Made by a program: the position numbers and the translations under genes. A DNA stretch of 37,784 bases from contig JBILRJ010000001.1 of the NCBI GenBank assembly GCA_044372695.1, forward strand, positions 1-37,784. Reading direction: 5' to 3'. The notes under the pieces were generated by a model. It saw only the letters and a program-made list of their open reading frames with translations. It ran no database searches and was not told where the DNA came from. Source of the stretch: Spirosomataceae bacterium. Its GTDB lineage: Bacteria; Bacteroidota; Bacteroidia; Cytophagales; Spirosomataceae. Positions 29,226-37,784 of this stretch are shown here, one piece after another (the first letter of the stretch is position 1; every line of letters starts with the position of its first letter).

Positions 29226-30208
29226 TGATCAACATGGAAATAAATAGATGTCCAGGAACTTTAGCTGCTGGATATACTACATATAGTAGAACTTGTGTTA
29301 AGCGAGTATTTAATGGGAGTAAGGTAAATCATATTCTTCCGTATGTGTCTTTGCAGTCCAATCACAACAGTGATGATTCTTTTGAAGAGAATGCAGCGCG
29401 TATGTCTATTTCAGGTGTGCAGGAAAAATTTTCTATTATTCAAACGAAAAATAAGATCCGTTTGACTAAGGAAGGAGAGCAAGGTACACATATATTAAAA
29501 CCTATTCCAAGTGGTTCAAAAAACGCAGATCAAATGCCAGCGAATGAGCACTTGACTATGCAAATTGCTCAGCAAGTATTTGACATTGAAACAGCAGAGA
29601 ATGCGTTGATCTTTTTTGGAAATGACGACCCTTCCTACATCACTAAGCGTTTTGACGTGGTAGCAGGCGGTCTCAAATTGGCCCAAGAGGACTTTGCCTC
29701 TCTTGCCGGAATGAGTCCACAAACCCATGGTACAGATTATAAATACTTAGGTAGTTATTGGGATTTATTTGAACTCATGCGGGAATACATACCAAGCTAT
29801 AAGGTTGAATCCACCAAACTATTTAAATTGTTGGTATTCAACTACCTCTTTTCAAATGGCGATGCTCATTGGAAGAATTTTTCCATTATTGAAACGCCAC
29901 TGGGTGATTTCAAATTGAGTCCAGCTTATGATCTATTAAACAGTCGCATCCATATTGAGGACAAAGATTTTGCTTTAGAAGAAGGTTTAATCCCAGCAAG
30001 AATGGGAAAAGGCAATATTCTAAAACAATTTCAACTGTTGGCAGAGCATGCAGGAATTCCGGAAAAGCAAACAAATGCAATCTTGTCTTTGATGGTGTCT
30101 AAATCTGATCAAGTAAAGAAACTGATTGATGCATCTTTTCTCAATGACAGGACTAAGCGGAGCTACCTGCAAACGTATCAGTTGAAGCTTAAAAAGTTGG
30201 GGGAGTGA
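29225..30208 (+). CDS. HipA-family kinase lacking the N-terminal domain (HipT-like)
   Basis: SISGVQEKF, ILKP, NGDAHWKNFS, LSPAYDLL. Confidence 0.9.
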   Translation: MINMEINRCPGTLAAGYTTYSRTCVKRVFNGSKVNHILPYVSLQSNHNSDDSFEENAARMSISGVQEKFSIIQTKNKIRLTKEGEQGTHILKPIPSGSKNADQMPANEHLTMQIAQQVFDIETAENALIFFGNDDPSYITKRFDVVAGGLKLAQEDFASLAGMSPQTHGTDYKYLGSYWDLFELMREYIPSYKVESTKLFKLLVFNYLFSNGDAHWKNFSIIETPLGDFKLSPAYDLLNSRIHIEDKDFALEEGLIPARMGKGNILKQFQLLAEHAGIPEKQTNAILSLMVSKSDQVKKLIDASFLNDRTKRSYLQTYQLKLKKLGE

Positions 30209-30324
30209 AACAAAAATATATGCGATTGCATATAAAATAAGTTATTGGGCTAAATTATATGTAAAAGCACATAGAAATGTGTTTCGTTGCTGCAAAAATC
30301 CGATGGCATGCTGGTTCTTCGGTC

Positions 30325-30423
30325 TTGTTTTTTGTAAATTATGGCGGTTTATTGGTTTTGTTTTTTGTGAATTTCAGATCTTTATTGGTTTGGTTTTTTG
30401 TAAATTATGGCGGCTTATTGGTT
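30325..30423 (+). repeat. 33-bp tandem repeat x3
   Basis: Units at 30325, 30358, 30391 (TTGTTTTTTGTAAATTATGGCGGTTTATTGGTT-like). Confidence 0.85.
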
Positions 30424-30472
30424 TGTATTTTGTATTTTTGTCATGTTATTGATCTAAATTGACTAATTAAAA

Positions 30473-31795
30473 ATGTATATACAAAGAAAAATAGATGTTG
30501 AATTGCTTGCCTGGCAAAAGTCGTCGTCAAGAAAGCCTTTGCTTATCAGAGGAGCCCGGCAAGTTGGGAAATCAACAGCAGTGAGGAACTTGTCTATGCA
30601 GTTTGACTATTTCATTGAAATCAATTTTGATGAGCAATCGGAGTACCAAAATTTGTTTGCCAAAACCTCAGATATTAATGATTTAATCGAGCAGTTAGCG
30701 ATCATCACGCAAACTGAGATAATCGAAGGACGGACGTTGATTTTTCTAGACGAAATACAAGCAAGTTTACCTGCAATCTCTAAGTTGCGTTATTTTTATG
30801 AAAAAAAACCAAATCTGCATGTCATTGCTGCAGGTTCGTTATTAGAATTTGCATTATCGGAACTACCTTCCTTTGGAGTAGGAAGGGTTCGGTCTTTGTT
30901 TATGTATCCCTTATCTTTTATTGAATTTTTGGGTGCTTTAAATGAAAAGCCGTTGGCTAGTGTGATACAGCAATCAAATTCCGCGAAACCCTTAAATCCT
31001 ATATTTCACGATAAACTAAAAATTTATTTTAAGAAATTTTTGATCATAGGGGGAATGCCTCAGGCCGTTCAAACTTATGTTGCCAAGGGCGATTTATTGG
31101 AGGTTCAACGAATTTTGGATGATTTAATCATCGCCATACAAGCAGATTTTGTGAAATACAAAAAGCAAATACCTCCAACAAACATCAAATCTGTTTTTGA
31201 AAGTGTTGTAATGCAAGTGGGGACCAAGTTCAAGTACTCCAACGATTTAATTTCTTTGACCAGTCCTGTGATCAAGCAAGTGGTGGATCTCTTGGAAATG
31301 GCAGGTTTGGTTTATCGGGTCACCCATTCATCGAGTAACGGGATTCCAATTGGGGCAGAGACTAATCCGAAGAAAACCAAGTTACTGATTTTTGACACTG
31401 GAATTTACCAAAGGATATTAGGGCTTGATGTCGCTTCACTTTTATTAAAAGATGATATTGAAGTCATTAATAAGGGGAATATCGCGGAGTTGTTTGTTGG
31501 ATTAGAACTACTTAAATCCAATGACGCTTACAAAAAAACAGCATTGTATTACTGGCATCGGGAAGCCAAGAATAGCAAAGCTGAAGTGGACTACGTAATT
31601 CAAATTCAAGATTTTATAGTTCCTGTAGAAGTGAAAGCGGGTACAAAAGGAGCGATGCAGAGTATGTACTTGTTTATGGATGAAAAGAAATCGAGATATG
31701 GAGTGAGGCTATCTTTAGAGAATTTTACTGAATATGACAAGGTTAAGGTGCTTCCTTTGTATGCCGTATCAAATATCAATACGCTCGGATTATGA
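30473..31795 (+). CDS. AAA_14 ATPase with DUF4143 / PD-(D/E)XK-like C-terminus
   Basis: GARQVGKS, FLDEIQ, EVDYVI..PVEVKAG. Confidence 0.9.
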   Translation: MYIQRKIDVELLAWQKSSSRKPLLIRGARQVGKSTAVRNLSMQFDYFIEINFDEQSEYQNLFAKTSDINDLIEQLAIITQTEIIEGRTLIFLDEIQASLPAISKLRYFYEKKPNLHVIAAGSLLEFALSELPSFGVGRVRSLFMYPLSFIEFLGALNEKPLASVIQQSNSAKPLNPIFHDKLKIYFKKFLIIGGMPQAVQTYVAKGDLLEVQRILDDLIIAIQADFVKYKKQIPPTNIKSVFESVVMQVGTKFKYSNDLISLTSPVIKQVVDLLEMAGLVYRVTHSSSNGIPIGAETNPKKTKLLIFDTGIYQRILGLDVASLLLKDDIEVINKGNIAELFVGLELLKSNDAYKKTALYYWHREAKNSKAEVDYVIQIQDFIVPVEVKAGTKGAMQSMYLFMDEKKSRYGVRLSLENFTEYDKVKVLPLYAVSNINTLGL

Positions 31796-31823
31796 ATACG
31801 GTAATAGCGTATTTAAAATAGTG

Positions 31824-31913
31824 TAATGTGTGATAAAAAGGATATAATGAGGTGTTCATGTGCATTATAAGACATTTTATATGAAAGCCGCACCGACAAT
31901 ATTGCCAAAAAAC
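31824..31913 (+). pseudogene. Truncated upstream region and 5' end of an XRE antitoxin gene
   Basis: MKAAPTILPKN at 31881 resembles MKTSPAILPKN at 33377; upstream DNA also similar. Confidence 0.65.
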
Positions 31914-31994
31914 GCACTATATAAGTGCAAATTTATCTTTATATTGACTTGTCATAGTGCAAAATTTACTATTTTTGTTCAAAGAAATTAAAAA

Positions 31995-33164
31995 ATGGAT
32001 GCATTATTTGAATATTCAAATCGACTAATAGCCAATGTAGATATTAGATTTACACGTTATATGTATGATCAAATCAATTGGGGTAGCAGACTTATTGGCT
32101 TGGTCGGACCACGAGGTGTAGGTAAAACCACTTTGGTTTTGCAGCACATCAAAAATAATTTAGAGGCTAAGCATACCTTATACGTTACAGCGGAAGATTT
32201 TTATTTTGCAAAAAACCGTCTTTTAGATGCGGCATCTGACTTTGTTAAATTAGGAGGAACCCATTTAATTATTGACGAGATTCACAAATATCCGGATTGG
32301 TCTACCGAGCTGAAACTTATCTACGATTATCATCAAGATTTACAAGTTGTATTTACAGGATCATCCCTATTAGATATTAAAAACGGAAGTGCTGATTTGA
32401 GTCGAAGAGCAGTACTTTATGCGATGCAAGGCTTGTCATTTCGGGAATATTTACAATTGTTTCATCAAATAACCTTACCCAATTTTACCTTGGATGAAAT
32501 TCTTAGCCATAAGGTAGCTAATTCACAGTTATTACATCCTTTGCCTTTATTTTCAGACTATCTCAAAAGAGGTTATTACCCTTTTGCATTAGAGCAAGAT
32601 TTTAATCTAAAATTAATGCAAGTCATCAATCAAACATTAGAAAACGACATTCCAGTGTATGCCTCAATGAATGTTTCCACTGGAAGAAAGTTGAAGCAAT
32701 TAATGGCAATTGTGGCAGACAGTGTTCCGTTTAAACCCAATATGAGTAAAATATCAGAGATGCTGTCGATTAGTAGAAATAATATTGCAGATTATCTTTT
32801 GTATATGGAAGAAGCGGGCATGGTGTCGCAGTTAAGATCAGAAACAAACGGAATTAGAGGTTTAGGTAAGGTCGATAAAGTATATCTCGATAATACAAAT
32901 TTGGTGTATGGCTTGGCACATGAAAATCCGAATAAGGGAAATATCAGAGAAACATTTTTTATGAATCAACTACGCGTTGCTTATCCCATTGTGTCTTCTG
33001 TGATTGCTGATTTCACCATAGATGGGTTCGATTTTGAAATAGGAGGTAAAAACAAAAGTAACAAGCAGATCAAAACATTAGCTAAGGGTTTTGTTGTGAA
33101 AGATGATATTGAAACTGGTTTTCTTAACACAATTCCTTTATGGCATTTTGGTTTATTATATTGA
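31995..33164 (+). CDS. AAA_14 ATPase with DUF4143-like C-terminus
   Basis: GPRGVGKT, IIDEIH, FTGSS, DF..FEIGGKNK. Confidence 0.9.
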   Translation: MDALFEYSNRLIANVDIRFTRYMYDQINWGSRLIGLVGPRGVGKTTLVLQHIKNNLEAKHTLYVTAEDFYFAKNRLLDAASDFVKLGGTHLIIDEIHKYPDWSTELKLIYDYHQDLQVVFTGSSLLDIKNGSADLSRRAVLYAMQGLSFREYLQLFHQITLPNFTLDEILSHKVANSQLLHPLPLFSDYLKRGYYPFALEQDFNLKLMQVINQTLENDIPVYASMNVSTGRKLKQLMAIVADSVPFKPNMSKISEMLSISRNNIADYLLYMEEAGMVSQLRSETNGIRGLGKVDKVYLDNTNLVYGLAHENPNKGNIRETFFMNQLRVAYPIVSSVIADFTIDGFDFEIGGKNKSNKQIKTLAKGFVVKDDIETGFLNTIPLWHFGLLY

Positions 33165-33376
33165 TTTTTGGGGTTTAAAAATAATCCTAATTGTATACTC
33201 AGAGTATAAGAATAGGATTAAAAATAAACCGAAAAATGAAATTTGCGTCATGGTGCCTAAACAGAGATGTATGTATCTCTAATTAACAGGCAGTTTTAAA
33301 TTTTTCGGCAAATATTTTATAATGTGTCATAAAAAGGACTAAAAATAGTATATTTGTGCATTATAAGACGCATTAC

Positions 33377-33697
33377 ATGAAAACATCACCAGCTATCTTG
33401 CCCAAAAACCTCAAGGTACTAATAGTTCTCGGGGAGCATATTCAGCTTGCTCGTCTGCGTAGAAAGTTCAGTGCAGAGCAAGTTGCAGAGCGCGCTGGTA
33501 TAAGTAGAAAAACAGTATACAATATCGAACAAGGGATTCCTACCGTTGCCATTGGTAGCTACTTGCAAGTGCTATTTGTGCTCGGTTTAGAGCAAGATCT
33601 TTCCATGGTAGCAGCATCTGACTCTTTAGGTAGAAAATTGCAAGATGCTGGAATTACCGTAGCAAAACGCGCCCCTAAAAAGTCGAATAATCCATGA
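33377..33697 (+). CDS. XRE-family HTH antitoxin (HipB-like)
   Basis: LARLRRKFSAEQVAERAGISRKTVYNIEQG; TATATTTG box at 33349 favours ATG 33377. Confidence 0.88.
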   Translation: MKTSPAILPKNLKVLIVLGEHIQLARLRRKFSAEQVAERAGISRKTVYNIEQGIPTVAIGSYLQVLFVLGLEQDLSMVAASDSLGRKLQDAGITVAKRAPKKSNNP

Positions 33698-34962
33698 AGA
33701 AGAACGAAACTATAATTTGGGTTTACGCTGATTGGAAACCAATGGAGGTGCCATATTTAATTGGAAAGCTTTTCTCTCAACTGGTTAGAGGAAAGGAAAT
33801 TTTTTCATTTGAATACAACGAAACGTGGCTAACTGCAAGTCAAGCTAAACTTTACTTGGATCCTAATTTGGGGCTTTACAAAGGGAAACAATATTTGCCT
33901 GACGGAAGAAATAATTTCGGAGTATTTCTAGATTCAGCTCCTGACCGTTGGGGTAGATTATTAATGCGAAGAAGAGAAGCATGGCAAGCTAAGTTGGAAG
34001 GTCGTGAGGAAAGAGCACTTTTTGAGAGTGATTATTTATTGGGTGTTTTTGATGGTCATCGTATGGGAGGTATGCGATTTAAGTTGGAACAAGATGGTGA
34101 TTTCTTGAACAACCAAAAGAAAATGGCAACCCCTCCTTGGACATCGCTTCGTGAATTGGAATATGCCAGTTTGCAATTAGAAAAAGAGGATGCCATCAAG
34201 GATCCAGAATATACCAAATGGTTAGGTATGCTAATTGACCCAGGTTCTTCATTGGGAGGAGCGAGACCTAAAGCTAGTGTACTGGATGAACAGGGGAATC
34301 TTTGGATTGCTAAATTCCCAAGTTCAAAAGATGACAAAAATATGGGTGCTTGGGAAATGGTATTGCATGAATTAGCTAAAGTTTGTGGTATTCATGTACC
34401 AGATGCAAGGCTACTTCAATTTTCCGGAAAGCACCATACCTTCTTGTCTAAACGATTTGACAGAATACAAGATAAGCGCATACACTTTGCATCGGCCATG
34501 ACATTATTGGGTTATCAAGATGGAGCGGATTTTCATGACGGATTAAGTTATTTGGATATCGTTGCTTTTATAATTCAGCAAGGAGCGTTGGTGAAAGCGG
34601 ATTTAGAACAGCTTTGGAGAAGAGTAGTTTTCAATATTTTGGTTTCAAACACAGATGACCATTTGCGAAATCACGGATTCATACTTACCAATAATGGTTG
34701 GCAGTTATCCCCAGCATATGATATGAATCCCAATGAAATGGGAAGTGGCTTAACTTTAAATATATCGGAGAATAGCAATGAGCAGGATATTTCTTTAGCG
34801 TTAGAAACTGCAAAGCATTATAAATTAAAAAAAGATGAAGCATTAAAAATTCTGAACGATATGCAGCTTGAAATTGCAAAATGGCGCACTGTTGCTAAAA
34901 ATTTGGGTATAAGCAGTGGTGAAATTGAACAGACGAAGCGTGCATTTCGTGATTTGGAGTGA
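33694..34962 (+). CDS. Full-length HipA-family toxin kinase
   Basis: DSAPDRWGR, SSLGGARPKA, NTDDHLRNHGF, LSPAYD. Confidence 0.92.
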   Translation: MKKNETIIWVYADWKPMEVPYLIGKLFSQLVRGKEIFSFEYNETWLTASQAKLYLDPNLGLYKGKQYLPDGRNNFGVFLDSAPDRWGRLLMRRREAWQAKLEGREERALFESDYLLGVFDGHRMGGMRFKLEQDGDFLNNQKKMATPPWTSLRELEYASLQLEKEDAIKDPEYTKWLGMLIDPGSSLGGARPKASVLDEQGNLWIAKFPSSKDDKNMGAWEMVLHELAKVCGIHVPDARLLQFSGKHHTFLSKRFDRIQDKRIHFASAMTLLGYQDGADFHDGLSYLDIVAFIIQQGALVKADLEQLWRRVVFNILVSNTDDHLRNHGFILTNNGWQLSPAYDMNPNEMGSGLTLNISENSNEQDISLALETAKHYKLKKDEALKILNDMQLEIAKWRTVAKNLGISSGEIEQTKRAFRDLE

Positions 34963-35224
34963 GAAATCATGAACTGATCATCCAAATTCAAACCAATGTC
35001 CAGTTTATTTTGTAAAAAACAGGACATATAACTATCTTTTTTATTAAACTTGACTTCAAAGTGCTAACGCAAAATTTGGTAGAGAGCTCTTGATTAGTCT
35101 AAAAAGTGCACAACAAAAATCCTATAATGTGCACAATTAACGGTGGTTGGCTATCTCACGAAATGACTGTTTTTCCGAATAGGTGCATTAAAATTTATAT
35201 TATATGTGAAAAATAGCTTATCAA

Positions 35225-35258
35225 TTCGGATAAATTCCGAATAGTTTCACTATATTTG
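35225..35258 (+). promoter_or_regulatory. Operator-like palindrome and -7 box upstream of the AbiE pair
   Basis: TTCGGA-TAAAT-TCCGAA at 35225-35241; TATATTTG at 35251-35258. Confidence 0.5.
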
Positions 35259-35262
35259 ACAA

Positions 35263-35901
35263 ATGGATTACAGAATGGATTTGTCACAGTATAGCGATCA
35301 GCCTATTAGCACCCAAGTACTTCTTGGATTGCTAAGGGGGTATAGTCGACCGTATGACAAAATCATGGAAATGGTCAATCAAGGAATTCTCGTTCAACTG
35401 AGAAGGGGACTATATATGACATCTCCTTTGGTAAGTAAAATAACACCTGAGCCATTTTTAATCGCAAATCATCTTTACGGACCCAGTTACATTTCATTAG
35501 ATTCAGCCTTGTTTCATTGGGGATTGATTCCTGAGCGAGTTTTTGAGATTTCTTGCGTGACTCCGAAAATATCAAAAAAATTCATGGTTCAAAATGCAGT
35601 CTATAGCTATACGCATTTACCAATAGCCTATTATCCAGTGGGTATTCAATCAATATCCTTGACTAAAACACAGACGGTTTTAATTGCTAGTCCCGAAAAA
35701 GCGCTCTGCGACAAGGTGATTACAACGGCAGGCATCAATCTTCGAAGTAAGCAACAAGCGATGGCTTTTTTGGTCGAAGACTTGCGCATAGATAAAGATC
35801 AACTTCGTGAGTTGAACACAACAGAAATGACAAGTTGGTTGCCAGTATGTCCAAAGAGGAAGAGTATTCAACTATTAATTGAAACACTATCAGCACTATG
35901 A
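35263..35901 (+). CDS. AbiEi-like type IV antitoxin / regulator
   Basis: LRRGLY, PSYISLDSAL..GLIPE, ASPEKALCD. Confidence 0.85.
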   Translation: MDYRMDLSQYSDQPISTQVLLGLLRGYSRPYDKIMEMVNQGILVQLRRGLYMTSPLVSKITPEPFLIANHLYGPSYISLDSALFHWGLIPERVFEISCVTPKISKKFMVQNAVYSYTHLPIAYYPVGIQSISLTKTQTVLIASPEKALCDKVITTAGINLRSKQQAMAFLVEDLRIDKDQLRELNTTEMTSWLPVCPKRKSIQLLIETLSAL

Positions 35902-36752
35902 TAAAGCAATGGATTGACTCTTACGGGCCAAAGAATATTCAGGAGACAGAACAAGCTTTGAGAGAAATAATGCAGGAAATCACGCTTGCGGGGTTATACA
36001 GAGCAAATTTTTTTAAGTATGCTGCATTCTATGGAGGCACTGCACTTAGAATTTTTCACGGCTTGAATCGGTTTTCTGAAGATTTGGATTTTTCTCTATT
36101 AGAAAAAAATCAAGAATTTAAGTTAGCTCCATTTTTGGAAGGTGTCAAAACGGAATTTGCTTCCATGGGAATGCAGGTGACATTTAATCAGAAAACTAAG
36201 TCCAAGGCTTCTGCAATCGATTCCGCTTTTTTGAAATCTGAAACCCTTTGGGGAGAGCTTGTAGTTGAAACAAACCTATCTCAACTTTCGATTTCCCAAA
36301 AACCCAGCATTAAAATCAAGCTAGAGGTAGATACTCAACCTCCATTACTCTTCCAAACAGAAAATAGACTTTTGATGAAGCCCTTTTCATTTTATGTCAA
36401 TTGCTTTACGTTGCCTAATTTATTTGCCGGTAAAATACACGCGCTACTTTTTCGAAAATGGCAAAATAGAGTGAAGGGAAGAGATTGGTATGATATGGAA
36501 TGGTATATCAGAAATGGTGTAGCGCTAAATTTAGAGCACTTTTTGCAGAGAGCAACAGAGAGTGGAGATTGGTCAGAAACATCAATCACCAAAAAACAAT
36601 TATTGGAATTGCTGCACGCCAAAATCAATTCTACTAAGATTGAAAATGCGAAAGAAGATGTAATTAGGTTTGTCCAAAATCCAAATGAATTAGATATTTG
36701 GTCTAAAGACTATTTCAATATGCTCGTAGAAAATCTAAAAGTTGGTAAATAG
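35898..36752 (+). CDS. AbiEii/AbiGii nucleotidyltransferase toxin
   Basis: FYGGTALRIFHGLNRFSEDLDF, K..RVKGRDWYD. Confidence 0.92.
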   Translation: MIKQWIDSYGPKNIQETEQALREIMQEITLAGLYRANFFKYAAFYGGTALRIFHGLNRFSEDLDFSLLEKNQEFKLAPFLEGVKTEFASMGMQVTFNQKTKSKASAIDSAFLKSETLWGELVVETNLSQLSISQKPSIKIKLEVDTQPPLLFQTENRLLMKPFSFYVNCFTLPNLFAGKIHALLFRKWQNRVKGRDWYDMEWYIRNGVALNLEHFLQRATESGDWSETSITKKQLLELLHAKINSTKIENAKEDVIRFVQNPNELDIWSKDYFNMLVENLKVGK

Positions 36753-36909
36753 GTTTACGCTGATTATCAACAACTTACATGGTGCGCAATTTGGTGCTCA
36801 GTTGATACCTAACTAACTGATAATCAATAGTAAAATACCCTATAATTAGTATGGTCCACACATTTATTAACCAATCCACAGCAATATTTGTTAAAAAGGT
36901 AAAATATGT

Positions 36910-36944
36910 AAATCCAGAACCTTTAAGTCCTGGATTTTTTGTTT
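36910..36944 (+). terminator. Possible intrinsic terminator
   Basis: AAATCCAG / CTGGATTT stem followed by a T-run. Confidence 0.45.
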
Positions 36945-37053
36945 AGTCCAGTATACATAAAATGCCTATATTTTATAAGACCCTACACAATCAAAATATA
37001 CATATATTCATTATTTTTGCCATAGTTACCTATTAATCTTTTAACTACTAATA

Positions 37054-37566
37054 TTGACTTTCGACTTATTATTATACGGTTTGGGTGGTCACGGTAAAGT
37101 GATGATTGAATTAGCGCAACTTCTGGGCTTACACAACATTGGTGTTTTTGATGACAACGATCATTCCTCCATCCAAATAGAAGGCGTTCAATTTTTAGGG
37201 GTTTATAATGCGGAAATAGCTCCCCAAGCGCCAATAATAATTGCTATTGGCAACAACATCGTTCGTAAAAATTTGGCAAATAAAATCAAACATAAATTTG
37301 CTACATTGATTCACCCATCGGCGGTAGTATCGCCCACGGCAAGCATTCAGGAGGGAACGGTAATATTGTCCAATGCAGTTATACAGGCCAATGCGGTAAT
37401 AGGAGCACATGGTTTAATAAATGTATCAGCAGTTATTGACCACGATGTGGTGCTGGGCAATTTTGTGCACATACGTCCTTTAGCTTTTATCGGAAGCAAC
37501 TCCACCATTTCATCAGAAACCACCATTAATCCTTTACAGGTAATCGAACGAAATACCCACTTCTAA
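37054..37566 (+). CDS. PglD/NeuD-family sugar acetyltransferase (short)
   Basis: YGLGGHGKV, IAIGNN..R, LIHPSA, IDHD, hexapeptide repeats. Confidence 0.85.
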   Translation: MTFDLLLYGLGGHGKVMIELAQLLGLHNIGVFDDNDHSSIQIEGVQFLGVYNAEIAPQAPIIIAIGNNIVRKNLANKIKHKFATLIHPSAVVSPTASIQEGTVILSNAVIQANAVIGAHGLINVSAVIDHDVVLGNFVHIRPLAFIGSNSTISSETTINPLQVIERNTHF

Positions 37567-37575
37567 TACCCCCCC

Positions 37576-37637
37576 CAATTATCAATTGTCAATTATCCAT
37601 TCTCCATTATCAATTATCAATTATCAATTATCAATTA
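37576..37637 (+). repeat. (CAATTAT)n heptamer tract
   Basis: About nine units between two convergent genes. Confidence 0.85.
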
Positions 37638-37784
37638 CTAAAGTTTCTTCACCACAAACTCCGGTGCATATTTCACCACCAGTGCAATAATTTTCCAAAT
37701 CAGGTTCGGATATACTTCAAAAGATTGTTTGTTTTTAATGATGGAAGCCGCTACTATATTGGGTTGCACTGCAATACCCGGAAT
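37638..37784 (-). CDS. 3' end of a probable short-chain dehydrogenase (partial, runs off window)
   Basis: Minus-strand frame IPGIAVQPNIVAASII..VYPNLIWKIIALVVKYAPEFVVKKL-stop resembles DprE2-like SDR C-termini. Confidence 0.5.
   Translation of the reverse strand: MPGIAVQPNIVAASIIKNKQSFEVYPNLIWKIIALVVKYAPEFVVKKL

Noticed and set aside
30277-30462. 61-aa ORF
   Set aside because: Open frame produced by the 33-bp tandem repeat.
3827-37410. Many short ORFs antisense or out of frame within long CDSs
   Set aside because: Overlap well-supported genes and show no recognisable motifs.

Overview
AT-rich bacterial DNA, probably Bacteroidota (TAnnTTTG promoter boxes, Bacteroidota-type Wzi). Four parts: (1) 1-3.3 kb, a mosaic of heptamer tracts and short hairpin repeats framing a wHTH/nucleotidyltransferase-like gene and a decayed AlbA_2(Schlafen-like)/RecG_C-like gene; (2) 3.3-21.7 kb, a Wzx/Wzy surface-polysaccharide locus with a complete CDP-3,6-dideoxyhexose pathway in the gene order of ascarylose synthesis; (3) 21.7-25.1 kb, a minus-strand DUF4956 / CotH-like kinase-beta-helix / VTC operon; (4) 25.2-36.9 kb, a toxin-antitoxin/defence-like island (Fic, split HipBST-like, two AAA_14-DUF4143 ATPases, HipBA, AbiE) with nested inverted repeats, after which sugar-modification genes resume. 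No rRNA, tRNA, CRISPR array, integrase or transposase was recognised. The most unusual signals are the repeat system that brackets accessory genes and the VTC/CotH/DUF4956 operon. All family calls come from motif recognition by eye, not from database searches.
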